From positions 352,001 through 416,000 of the forward strand of contig OY970195.1 in the NCBI GenBank assembly GCA_963708185.1: a stretch of 64,000 nt of DNA, read 5' to 3'. Positions 18,569 to 32,751 of the stretch are shown here, piece by piece. The DNA is from Candidatus Peregrinibacteria bacterium. GTDB lineage: Bacteria > Patescibacteriota > Gracilibacteria > UBA1369. The translations under genes were made by a program, and so were the position numbers. Each line of letters opens with the position of its first letter. The first letter of the stretch is position 1. A model generated the notes under the pieces. It did not search any database. It saw only the letters and a list, made by a program, of their open reading frames with translations, and had not been told where the DNA came from.

Positions 18569-19876
18569 TTATTCATTGGAATAACGCAGAAGATAGACGA
18601 CTCCGGCTTTGTCGTCGCTGACAAGTATTTGTCCGTCGGGTTTGATGAAGATGTCGACAGGTCTCCCCAGTGCTCCATCTGGGGTCAGCCAACCGGTCAT
18701 GAAATCTTCCGGTGAATCGAACGTTAACGTTTGGTCATTGATGTTTGGATGTGTCTTCATCAAGACAATTTTGTATCCGGTCGGCACGCTGCGGTTCCAG
18801 GAACCGTGGAAAGTAACGAGAAGGTTTCCACGGTACTCTTCAGGCCATGTGTTTTTTTGGCCGTTCACTGTTTCGGAAACCGGGAAAAAAGCCAACCCCA
18901 GCGGAGCCGAATGGGCTTGCAGATCGATGACGGAAGGGGTTTCAAAAGGTGCTTCGCAAGGATTCCTTATATAGGTGTTGTGGTCGAAGTCGTCGTCGTG
19001 AATATTCTGACCATAGCAAATAGGCCAGCCGTAGTTTTTTCCCTCTTCAATCAGATTAATTTCATCGGGCGGAACATTGTTGCCCAGATAATCGCGACCC
19101 ATTTCGGTTGCGAAGATTTTTTCAAAGTAAGGATCGTGCGTCATGAAAACCGAATTTCTTAATCCGGTCGCGTAAGGTTTTAATTTCCCCGTTGTCGTAT
19201 CAAGAAGCATGATGGTGCCTCTGGTACTGTCCTGTTCCCGGCAGGCGTCGCAATCCGATCCGATGGAAACAAGGAGTTGATCGTTGGAGGGGGGATTTAA
19301 GAACTGAAGAGTTCTGGTGAAGTGTCTTCCCTCGCCGGAAAGATCAGTGATTTTTTTATCGAACGTCGCTTTCATCTTCTGCGTATCATAAAAGTACCGG
19401 GTGACCTTGTCGGTCTCTCCTATATAGAGCTGGCAGGTTGAGGAACTGTTCGGGTCCGGACAGTTGAACGCCATACCATGAGGTTTGTTCAGTCCTTTGA
19501 TGACCGTCACGTTGTTGTCCGCGACGCCGTCGCCGTTTGCATCAGGCAGCGCGACGATTTTCCCTTCCGAAGTCACGCTCGTCAGCATGACTCCGTCGGG
19601 GGCTTGGACCAAGACCCTGGGGTCGACGAGGTTTTTTGCGTAAATAGATATGCCGAATCCGTTTGGCGTTTGAAGAGGAGAGTCCGTTGTGGGGGATGTC
19701 CGATCCGCTTGCTGGCTTTGAGTCGAAGGCAGCGAAGGAATGAGCGTGCTAATGTCCTCAGGGGGATTTTGCAAAGCCGGACCAACCCCTTTCAGGTTTT
19801 GCAGGGAGAAAATGAAGCCCCATACCAGGATGCCGGCGATGATAAGTCCGATGAGTCCGTACGTCATTTTTTTCAT
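18569..19876 (-). CDS. Membrane-anchored PQQ-dependent sugar/sorbosone dehydrogenase family beta-propeller
   Basis: N-terminal TM; GRHFTR, GLRNS, PPDEIN, NYGWP, AHSAPLG, HGSWNR and GRPVD motifs. Confidence 0.88.
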   Translation of the reverse strand: MKKMTYGLIGLIIAGILVWGFIFSLQNLKGVGPALQNPPEDISTLIPSLPSTQSQQADRTSPTTDSPLQTPNGFGISIYAKNLVDPRVLVQAPDGVMLTSVTSEGKIVALPDANGDGVADNNVTVIKGLNKPHGMAFNCPDPNSSSTCQLYIGETDKVTRYFYDTQKMKATFDKKITDLSGEGRHFTRTLQFLNPPSNDQLLVSIGSDCDACREQDSTRGTIMLLDTTTGKLKPYATGLRNSVFMTHDPYFEKIFATEMGRDYLGNNVPPDEINLIEEGKNYGWPICYGQNIHDDDFDHNTYIRNPCEAPFETPSVIDLQAHSAPLGLAFFPVSETVNGQKNTWPEEYRGNLLVTFHGSWNRSVPTGYKIVLMKTHPNINDQTLTFDSPEDFMTGWLTPDGALGRPVDIFIKPDGQILVSDDKAGVVYLLRYSNE

Positions 19877-20000
19877 AAGTTTCCGGAAAGTTTTTTATAT
19901 TTTTTATTGTATTTGATATTTGATGAGAAGTGAATTTTGATTTTTCCCGGGTGTGTTTTTTGATGTCTTTGTTTGTCGGTTTCTTTTGGTGAAAAACATA

Positions 20001-20029
20001 TTGACTTTGGGAAGGCCTTTCACTAAAAT
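20001..20029 (+). promoter_or_regulatory. 16S rRNA promoter
   Basis: TTGACT-17 nt-TAAAAT, followed by boxA-like TGTTCTTTAACA at about 20073-20084. Confidence 0.75.
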
Positions 20030-20253
20030 TGCTCTGCTTTATGAACGATTCGTTGTTCATTTGGCTTTGGTTTGTTCTTTAACATCCAGGATGTAGTAGA
20101 GAAGATCTAGCGTTTGTCTTTGGCAAAGACCGTTTCATTTCGTGTCCGTCCCCGGACATGAAAAAACCGGAAACTGGTCAGAGACGTACTAAACTCAAAA
20201 ATAAGTCTTCGATTTCTTCATTGAAGTCGGAGCACAGCTTTCATCAAGCTCTT

Positions 20254-21755
<1,502 letters not shown>

Positions 21756-22055
21756 CTAGGAGATATCAGGGAACTTAGGGATTTTTATTTCTAAGCATTT
21801 TCCAGGTCGACCCTCGCTTCGGCGAGGTTTCTAGATCTCTCTCTACTACATTTTGGATGTTAAAGGTACAACCTTTCTTCTTTTCTCTCCTTTATAGGGG
21901 TATGAAATCTTCCAATAGTTTCAACAGGTCGAGTCAAAACATTGAGGTTTCGGTCCGAGCGCACAGCGCGAGGGCGTAAGCTGTGGCTTTGCTACACGCT
22001 GAAGCGTATCGATAGAAGAAAAACCTTATTTTTCAATTTTAACCCTCTCACACAC

Positions 22056-22325
22056 ATGGAAACTCAACAACTCACCTGCCAGGATTGTGGCAACACTTTT
22101 GATTTCACTGCAGAAGAACAACAGTTTTTTGCAGAAAAAGGATTTCAGGAACCAAAGCGCTGCCCTAATTGCCGAAAAGCAAAAAAGGAAGCTCATCGTC
22201 CTACCTTTACGAAGGTAACCTGTTCTGGCTGTGGGATGGAAACCGAGGTCCCGTTCGTACCAAAAGGCGACCGTCCGGTTTACTGCCGTGCTTGTTTTGA
22301 AAAGAACAAAGCAATGTCTGCGTAA
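22056..22325 (+). CDS. Zinc-ribbon / CxxC-x17-CxxC domain protein
   Basis: CQDC..FTAEEQQFF..PKRCPNCR and CSGC..VPFVP..RPVYCRAC. Confidence 0.88.
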   Translation: METQQLTCQDCGNTFDFTAEEQQFFAEKGFQEPKRCPNCRKAKKEAHRPTFTKVTCSGCGMETEVPFVPKGDRPVYCRACFEKNKAMSA

Positions 22326-22345
22326 TTACTGTTTAGGTAATTTGG

Positions 22346-22377
22346 AAGAGGATGTCTGGAAAGACATCCTCTTTTTT
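22346..22377 (+). terminator. Intrinsic terminator
   Basis: AAGAGGATGTC-TGGAAA-GACATCCTCTT plus T-run. Confidence 0.85.
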
Positions 22378-22389
22378 GTAGAAATTCGT

Positions 22390-22417
22390 TTGCAAATTCC
22401 GCGGCTTTCTTTATAAT
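22390..22417 (+). promoter_or_regulatory. Promoter for tRNA-Ala/tRNA-Ile
   Basis: TTGCAA-16 nt-TATAAT. Confidence 0.6.
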
Positions 22418-22522
22418 GATCGAGCTGTTTTGACAGTCAGGCTTTGCAAGTCGTCAATGGCTTGCAGGAGCGCAAAGATGTGGGCCCTTAGCACAAGCTA
22501 AGGTCCCACCGTTTACACTCGT

Positions 22523-22599
22523 GGGCCCTTAGCTCAGTTGGCCAGAGCGCCTCGTTTGCACCGAGGAGGTCAAGGGTTCGACTCCCTTAGGGTCCACCA
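22523..22599 (+). tRNA. tRNA-Ala(TGC)
   Basis: GGGCCCT...AGGGTCC-A-CCA with G3:U70; loop TTTGCAC. Confidence 0.96.
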
Positions 22600-22608
22600 G
22601 AATATTGC

Positions 22609-22685
22609 GGGCGAGTAGCTCAGTTGGTTAGAGCGCGTCACTGATAATGACGAGGTCGGAGGTTCAAATCCTCCCCCGCCCACCA
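22609..22685 (+). tRNA. tRNA-Ile(GAT)
   Basis: GGGCGAG...CCCGCCC-A-CCA; loop CTGATAA. Confidence 0.95.
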
Positions 22686-22754
22686 TGATAGAGTTCCCGG
22701 GACTCTTTTTTGTTTAATGCCTGATCCGGTTTCTGTTACAATGGCTACGATTTA

Positions 22755-23357
22755 ATGTTTTTTATGTCAGGAGAGCTGCTTGCCGCCATCGTTTTTGATC
22801 TTATCCTCTATGGAACTCTGGCTTGTGCGGCCATCCCTCTGCTGTTTTTTTTGTTGTGGACATTTTTCAACTTTTGGAAAAAATACTATCTTCTTTTTTA
22901 TTTTACGGGCATCGTTCTTTTGGCCGCGATTCCTACTGCTTTTTATTTTACGCAGCATTACTGGATTTATCTCTACTATCCTTTCCCCGCATGGGTGCAA
23001 ATCATCGGGCTGATACTTATTATTTTCAGTTATCTTGTCGTGAAACTGGCCCAGGCCTCCATCAGTGTTCCCGTTCGTTTCTTTTTTCCGGTTCTTAAAA
23101 ATCACCCCATTCAATTAAAGACGAAAGGCGTGTATCGATACGTCAGACACCCCATTTATGCGGTGTTTCCTTTGATTGTTATTGGTGGACTTTTGTATAC
23201 CGGCGAGCTGGTGCTTTTCCCGGTTTTCTTCCTGGTCCTTGTGACGAGGAAATGGTATGCCGTCAGGGAAGAGGCGTACCTCAAGCAAAACCTTCACGGT
23301 GACTATGAAAAATATATGAAACAGACTCCCAACCGTTTTTATCCTAAAATTTTTTAA
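22755..23357 (+). CDS. Isoprenylcysteine carboxyl methyltransferase / PEMT family membrane protein
   Basis: Multi-TM; LKTKGVYRYVRHPIY, EEAYL and YEKYMKQTPNRF. Confidence 0.85.
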   Translation: MFFMSGELLAAIVFDLILYGTLACAAIPLLFFLLWTFFNFWKKYYLLFYFTGIVLLAAIPTAFYFTQHYWIYLYYPFPAWVQIIGLILIIFSYLVVKLAQASISVPVRFFFPVLKNHPIQLKTKGVYRYVRHPIYAVFPLIVIGGLLYTGELVLFPVFFLVLVTRKWYAVREEAYLKQNLHGDYEKYMKQTPNRFYPKIF

Positions 23358-23359
23358 GT

Positions 23360-24190
23360 ATGATTTTTTATGCTCTCCATGTTCCGGGTGTTGAAGACGA
23401 AAGACTTGAACTGCTTCGTGCCGCCTGCAAACGTTTGAAGATTTCTTTCAGGGCGTTGTCGCCGTCCGGATTCGATTTTTCCAGGCCTTCCCCCGTGAGA
23501 AAAGGCGACATTGTCTATAGAATCAGCCGAGGTAAACTGCTTCGGTTTTTTGAGGATTACATCGTCAGGCCCGGTTGTATCACGTTTTATCAAGACGTCA
23601 TTTTCCATAAACCGGATCCATTTTTTCTTGAGAAGCATGACATTCCTGTTCCAAAAACCGTTTTTTGTCTCACCAGAGAGAAGAAGCTTTTGATGAACTA
23701 CGTGAAGGAGATCGGGGGATTCCCGGTCATTCTCAAAGCCTTGGGTGGAACGCACGGAATGGGGGTCATCAAAATTGACTCTTTTTCAGCGCTCAAAAGT
23801 ATGGCGGATTTTTTGTTAGCCCAGGGGAAATTGTTTGTGCTTAAACAGTTTTTACCCGTAAAGACTTCCGCACGTTTTATCGTTCTCGGGGATAAAGTCG
23901 TTGCCTCGATTGAATACGTCGCTCGGGACAATGACTTCCGGACGAATTCAGCCAAAACGCTCACTGTCCGTCCAAAAAAATATTCAAAAGCCCTTGAAGA
24001 ACTGGCGGTCAGAGCCACACACGCCATGGGTTGGGAGTTCGGTGGGGTTGATATTCTCATTCATAAAGGTAAACCTTACGTTTCCGAAGTGAATTTTCCC
24101 TGCAATTTTGTACGGGCTCAAAATGCCCTCAATAAGGACGTCGCTCTCCTTATGGTTCAATATCTTCAGGCAAAAGCGAAAAAACTTTAA
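23360..24190 (+). CDS. Divergent RimK-like ATP-grasp protein
   Basis: IPVPKT, GGFPVILK..GGTHGMGV, DFRTN, GVDI and EVN motifs. Confidence 0.8.
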   Translation: MIFYALHVPGVEDERLELLRAACKRLKISFRALSPSGFDFSRPSPVRKGDIVYRISRGKLLRFFEDYIVRPGCITFYQDVIFHKPDPFFLEKHDIPVPKTVFCLTREKKLLMNYVKEIGGFPVILKALGGTHGMGVIKIDSFSALKSMADFLLAQGKLFVLKQFLPVKTSARFIVLGDKVVASIEYVARDNDFRTNSAKTLTVRPKKYSKALEELAVRATHAMGWEFGGVDILIHKGKPYVSEVNFPCNFVRAQNALNKDVALLMVQYLQAKAKKL

Positions 24191-25287
24191 AGCAGGTCTC
24201 GGGTTATTTTGTCGATGATAAGGAATCCTTCATCGGTCGGACTCAGGAATCGTCCGTCCAAAACAAGTTCTTTGCTTTCTAGATAGGGTTGCGCCTTTTT
24301 GAGCAATTCGGATGTTTTTTTGAATCTCTTTTTGAATTCGGACGTGTCGATACCGCGTTTTGTTCGCAAACGAAGCATGATGTAATCGAGTTCACGCAGT
24401 TCAGCGTCCATGGGAACCTCTTCGTTCATATCGTCGGGGGTCGACAAATACCGGTCGAAGTCCCTCGTGTTTTCGGTACATTTGTCATTGATATAGGAGT
24501 GTGCGCCGATGCCGAGCCCAACGTACTCTTTTTGGCTCCAGTATCTTAAATTATGTTGGCATTCATAGCCGGGTTTTGCGTAGTTCGAAACTTCATAATG
24601 GTTGTATCCTGCTTTTCTTAAACGCGTGACAAGGTGTTCGTACATGGCGACCTGTACGTCGTCGTTGGGGCAGTCCGCTTTGAAAAGATCGATCTTTTTC
24701 GTGTCATAGGACAAGAAATAAAAAGAAAGGTGGGGGATATTGAGATCGAGGATTGTTGAGAGCTGGGTCTTGAAGTGTTGGAGCGTCTGGTGGGGGAGTC
24801 CGAGGATGAAGTCCGCACCGTAATTTTTCATGGGGGAACTGCGGATGGCATCAAGGGCTTTGAAGATGGTTTTGTCATCATGCGGACGGGCGATGCGGAA
24901 AAGAATTTTTTTGTCGAAATTCTGGATGCCGAGGGAGACGCGGGTTACTCCAGCTTGGTGATAGATCCTAAGTTTTTTTTCGTCGATGCTTTCCGGGTTG
25001 CATTCAATGGAGATTTCCGGTTTTTTTTGTATGTTAAAGCTGTGCCTGATGCATTGAAGGATATCCTCGATATAATGAGCTTCGATCAAACTCGGCGTTC
25101 CGCCACCGAAGTACAAGGTTTCGACCTGGTAATCCCGGAGTTCTTTAGACTTCAGCCCTATCTCTTTTTTGAGCGCTTCGACGTAATCAGGTATGAATTT
25201 GTTTTTATGGGCGAACGTCAGGAAATTACAATAGAGACAGATTGTTTTGCAAAAGGGGATATGGATGTAGAGAGAAAGGTCTTTCAT
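24187..25287 (-). CDS. hemW: Radical SAM HemW/HemN-like protein
   Basis: LYIHIPFCKTICLYC (CxxxCxxC), YFGGGTPS, HYEVSNY, HNLRYW. Confidence 0.88.
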   Translation of the reverse strand: MKDLSLYIHIPFCKTICLYCNFLTFAHKNKFIPDYVEALKKEIGLKSKELRDYQVETLYFGGGTPSLIEAHYIEDILQCIRHSFNIQKKPEISIECNPESIDEKKLRIYHQAGVTRVSLGIQNFDKKILFRIARPHDDKTIFKALDAIRSSPMKNYGADFILGLPHQTLQHFKTQLSTILDLNIPHLSFYFLSYDTKKIDLFKADCPNDDVQVAMYEHLVTRLRKAGYNHYEVSNYAKPGYECQHNLRYWSQKEYVGLGIGAHSYINDKCTENTRDFDRYLSTPDDMNEEVPMDAELRELDYIMLRLRTKRGIDTSEFKKRFKKTSELLKKAQPYLESKELVLDGRFLSPTDEGFLIIDKITRDLL

Positions 25288-25354
25288 GGTTGGTTCGATT
25301 GGATTGAAGCCGTTTTTATGCTATAATGATAGAAAGTTAACACACCTTCATAAT

Positions 25355-25606
25355 ATGGATCGTATTTTTGCAGCAGTCATCGGGATTCCCCTGGGGTTCC
25401 TCATGATGATCTACAGGTATCACCTTAAACAGTTTACAGGTCCTATTCAATGGGCAGAACAATATTTGGGGTCCGGAGGAACCTATAATCTTTTCATCAT
25501 TGTCGGTTTGTTGATTTCGATCGTTTCACTCATGTACGCTTTGGGTACGATTCAGGATCTTTTTACCAGCGGATTGGGTCCTATTTTCGGTGTCGGACAG
25601 AGCTAA
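25355..25606 (+). CDS. Small two-TM membrane protein
   Basis: 83 aa MDRIFAAVIG..WAEQYLGSGGTY; TATAAT at 25322 upstream. Confidence 0.7.
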   Translation: MDRIFAAVIGIPLGFLMMIYRYHLKQFTGPIQWAEQYLGSGGTYNLFIIVGLLISIVSLMYALGTIQDLFTSGLGPIFGVGQS

Positions 25607-25637
25607 AACCCTTCAGGAGAATTTCGTTAAAAATTTC

Positions 25638-25666
25638 TTGACTTCAGGTGACTGCTTACTTATAAT
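25638..25666 (+). promoter_or_regulatory. Dedicated 23S-5S promoter
   Basis: TTGACT-17 nt-TATAAT; boxA TGTTCTTTAACA at about 25806-25817. Confidence 0.8.
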
Positions 25667-25942
25667 GCAGTGGCCTCAATTTGAGATTGAGATTTACTGA
25701 ATGGTTTTTACCTCACAAATTTCGCCCATATCCCTAAGCTTAAAGTGCTGATTTCACTTGGTCAGGACTTTGAGTTGAGGGGTGTGTGCGAACACATCCC
25801 TTTTTTGTTCTTTAACAATTGGGCCTCAAAAGAATGATTGATAAATCAATCTGTAATTTCATTTGAGAGTTATTCAATAAACAATAGTATCATACTCAAT
25901 ATTAGCTGCGAGTATTCACTCACAGCTAGTTAAATGGATGAT

Positions 25943-29063
<3,121 letters not shown>

Positions 29064-29240
29064 TTCATCTTTATGTACATCTGTCAGTACTTAGTCCCGC
29101 GTTAAAACGGGATTGAGTACTGACAATCATGTACTCGTTTAACTAGCTTTGAGTGCAGACAAGCTAGAGAAATTACAGACATTTATCATTCAGTCTGCGA
29201 GGCCCTTGTTAAAACATTCAGGCCAGTGCTAAAAGGCACT

Positions 29241-29359
29241 GTCTTGGCAGCTCTAGAGAGTGGGTCACACCTGTTCCCATCCCGAACACAGCAGTTAAGC
29301 CACTCTTCGCCGATGATACTCATAGTATAACTAAGGGGAAAGTAGGGCGCTGCCAGGAC
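29241..29359 (+). rRNA. rrf: 5S rRNA
   Basis: TCTTGGCAG...CACCTGTTCCCATCCCGAACAC..GTTAAGC..GCCGATGATAC..AGTAGG..CTGCCAGGA. Confidence 0.95.
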
Positions 29360-29380
29360 AGTGCTTTTTAAATTGACTTT

Positions 29381-29947
29381 CTAAGCGTTCCCACCCACGG
29401 TTGCTGCTTCAATAATGCGTTTTTCACAGACTTGCTGGATGGCGTCGCAATTGGCGACATCAGTGACGACGATGGGTTTGACCACGTCATCGGGTTTGGG
29501 GGTCAGTTCAACGGTACCTTTTTTTCCGTCGGAGGTGCGGGAGATGCTTTCATGGAAATGTTTCCAGGGAACACTGTTCACTTTTTGTTTTTGGAGAAGG
29601 GCGATTCTTTTGTCCGTTCCCACAAACCAAACCTGGTTCCAGAAAATCGCTTTCAGGGAATCGATCATGACGATGATCGCCAGGATGAAAAGCAGCGCAA
29701 AAATGACGATGACCAAGGACCTGGGGAGCCCGAGGTCGAAGTTGATGCTCTCTCCCACGAAAATATAGTTGGTAAGCGTACCTCCGAAAGCAAGGATGAC
29801 CGTCACGAAAACGAGTGAGACTATCAACATCAAGACCCCAAGCACCAGCGGGATTTTTCGTTTTGCCTTCACGGCGAAATCGATTTTTTCGTTCGGAAAA
29901 AGAGCTCGTAAGTTACCGGCAATTTGCGGATCGATAAGTTCGGCCAT
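29381..29947 (-). CDS. Two-TM membrane protein with PH-like soluble C-terminus
   Basis: Two hydrophobic segments, then a WFVGTDKRI motif. Confidence 0.7.
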   Translation of the reverse strand: MAELIDPQIAGNLRALFPNEKIDFAVKAKRKIPLVLGVLMLIVSLVFVTVILAFGGTLTNYIFVGESINFDLGLPRSLVIVIFALLFILAIIVMIDSLKAIFWNQVWFVGTDKRIALLQKQKVNSVPWKHFHESISRTSDGKKGTVELTPKPDDVVKPIVVTDVANCDAIQQVCEKRIIEAATVGGNA

Positions 29948-29960
29948 TCGACTGTGGATT

Positions 29961-30401
29961 TTAGCTTTCTTTTACTTTTCTTTGTCCGTATATCGCCGCG
30001 ACGCCCTGAGAAGTTTCTCCCTGTTGCTTTATGACCACGGTGGATGTTGCCGGAGGGGTTGGAGTGGGAACAATTTGTCCTGATTCCACACCTTCAACAT
30101 ATTCCCTGAAGTCAGAGCATTCGTTGAAGAACTGTTGGCGGACTCCAGTTGCATTTTCTGTTATCCCTATGAGTTTTCTCCATGAAATTGAATATTCTCC
30201 GCCGTTTTCCTTGTTCATTCTTTCTTCGTTTTCAAGCCATTCAAAAATTGACGTTTTTAACTCATGTTGCATCGAGAAAGCCAAGGCATTGGTTATTCCT
30301 CTGATCTGGATCAAAGCTCGTTCGTTTTTGAGCTGAAGTCTTCCACTCCCGGATTCAATCGTGGATGATCTTTGAGGTTCGGAGGCAAGGGGCTTTGACA
30401 T
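29961..30401 (-). CDS. Hypothetical protein
   Basis: 146-aa ORF in a minus-strand run. Confidence 0.6.
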   Translation of the reverse strand: MSKPLASEPQRSSTIESGSGRLQLKNERALIQIRGITNALAFSMQHELKTSIFEWLENEERMNKENGGEYSISWRKLIGITENATGVRQQFFNECSDFREYVEGVESGQIVPTPTPPATSTVVIKQQGETSQGVAAIYGQRKVKES

Positions 30402-30482
30402 AGGTGGAGGTTAGGGATAGTTGATTCTATACCATTTCTTTCTGAAAATGCAAGCATTTTCGTGACAAAACGTTGAGGGGCG

Positions 30483-32607
30483 TTAAGGGGCTTTATCGAT
30501 GTCTAAAAGGATAATACGATGTTCGCCTCTGGCATTATACGCTTTGATTTCAGTATGGGCTTCTTCGGCGTTGTCCATGAGCGCAATGAGCTGGAGGATC
30601 CGTTCGCGGTGGTGCTGTTGGATCTGTCCGATGGCAATCTCCGGAAGCGTGAATTCGCTGACGGAGCCGGCTATGCGGATATTGTTATCGACGGAAAATT
30701 GGAGAAGTTCACGTTGGGGGTCCTGGATTTTTTCTTTGAGTTCTGGAACGTTTTTTCCGGTGTAGACTACGCGTGTCTCGTCACCTCCATCGGCATCAAT
30801 CACCGGGCTGCCGCCATAAAGACGGTACATTTTTTCTTCAACACTTCTGAGATAGCCGGTCCCGATGTCGTCGAACGAAAGCATTTTTGCCACGAATTGG
30901 GGGTGTTCATGGAGGGCTTCCAGTTTGTTTTCAAGAATGCCGTTCAGTTTTTCCTTATCAATAGTCTGGCCGTCGATATCGACGGCTCTCCATTCTTCGT
31001 TGGTAATGCCGAGCATGTTGATCATGTCGATGGCGCATTGTTCGTATGCAGACTGGTTGAGCGCTCCAAAGCCGATGTTGTCGCCAAAGATCATGATTTT
31101 CAGGCCGGGTTCCATCATGGCTTTGATCGCGGCGCGGGTGGTACGAACCTTGTCTTCCACAGGCGAGTCGTTTTTGAGGGAAACTTCCAATGCTTTGGAG
31201 GTGTGTTCCAGGAGCGTTCGGATTTTTTCTTCATCCTGTGAGTCTTCCCTGAGCGTTTTTTCGGCTGAATTGATCAAACTGATGATACGGTGGATGTCGG
31301 AGAGGTAGAGGTCGATACTTTCCGTCTGGAAGTTTTTGAGAAAGTCGACGATGTTAATCGTTTTGTAGTATCGGTCGAAAAATTTTATTTTTTCGTCGAA
31401 CTGTTGACGTTCTTCTTCCGACATGGCGAGATAAGTGTCGCCCTTGCGGTACTTATCGATGTGACGGTAGATGTTGATCATTTGTGGGTTCATTCTCACG
31501 TAACCGTTTTCGTCCAGAACGAAACAGGCTTCCCATTCGGGACGGATTGAGCCTTCCGCGTTCAGGACGTTTCCGAGGTTGTATTGGGCTTTGATGAGAT
31601 GCTTGAAGAGTTCCTTGTGGCTGTATTCGCGCATATAGACGTACGGCACTCCGTTTTTTCTTCCGTTCCCGTTGAGGACGTCGGGGTCCAGTTTTTGGAG
31701 CGTCGCGATGTTCGCTGCACACTCGGCATTGCGGATGGCGAGGTAACTGTTCATATGGCCTCCCTTGAGTTTGTCCAGTCCGATGGCGATGTCGATGCTT
31801 TTTTCTCCGCTTTCGATCAATGCGGTGGTGTCCTCAATCTCGCGGATGTTTTCTTCCAGTTTGCGGATCTCTTTGGAAAGTGTCTTGATATGGTCTTCGG
31901 TTTCCTGGGTGGTATTGCCTTCTGTTTCATTTTTTTGGCTTGCATAAAAACGTTCCTGGGATTTTCCAGCGTGCTTTTTCTCCAAAAGTAAGCGGCGTTT
32001 TTTGAGATGTTTCAGCAGGACTTCTTCGGCGATGCGCTGAAGTTCTCCGAGTTTTTTTTCAAGGACTTCGATGTTGCTGAAGCCGTTGACTTCGTCATGC
32101 TCAATACGGGCAACGTCGATGATGAAAACGCCTCCCTTGAAGTGGGATTTCAGAACACGGGCGTTATTTTGACCAAGGACTTCCTGGATTTTCTGGTGGA
32201 GCTCCTCGATGTAGTCGTCGGTCTGATTTGGTCCGAGATAGTAGTCGTTGAGTTCTTTGATCGTCGGAGAGACGAGGCGGTAGGAACCGATGCGTTTGTC
32301 TCCGTCGTTGAGATTCCATTCTTTTTCCTTGAGCATCTTGAGAAGGGGAATGAGGGCATCGAGGTTGGAAAGCTCCTGGAGCTTCCCTTTCGAGAAATGC
32401 TCTAATGGTTTCCAGAGGAGTGACGTATTCTCCGTTTTCATTTTTTTCATGAAGGTCGATGCTGTAGCGGCGGATGATTCGTTCAATCTTGGCGAAGAGG
32501 CGGCGGTGAGCTTCCATTTCAGGAAACGCACTGCGTCGCTCGTTGAGCGGGTCGGCTGTTTGGCCTTCGGGCTCCGGTGGGCGTATTGTCGATTTTAGTT
32601 CGCTCAT
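30483..32607 (-). CDS. Large orphan with two GGDEF-like palm domains; one frameshift near 32390
   Basis: ORF from 32607 (MSELKST..AFLE) joins the 30483 ORF (GKLQELSN..) if one base is removed; motifs KELNDYYLG and GDNIGFGALN..GGDET..AEEAHTEIK. Confidence 0.6.
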
Positions 32608-32685
32608 TTGTGGCTGTGAATGGTGAGATGTATTTTAAACATATTCAGGTTAATTAGTCAAGTATTTTTGAGCACAAAATTCCTT

Positions 32686-32713
32686 AAAAACCCCGTGGAT
32701 TCTACGGGGTTTT
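32686..32713. terminator. Terminator downstream of the TraC-like gene
   Basis: AAAACCCCGTGGA-T-TCTACGGGGTTTT inverted repeat. Confidence 0.75.
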
Positions 32714-32751
32714 CTGTTTTCTGCCAACAGGATAATTGTTGTTCGATATAC

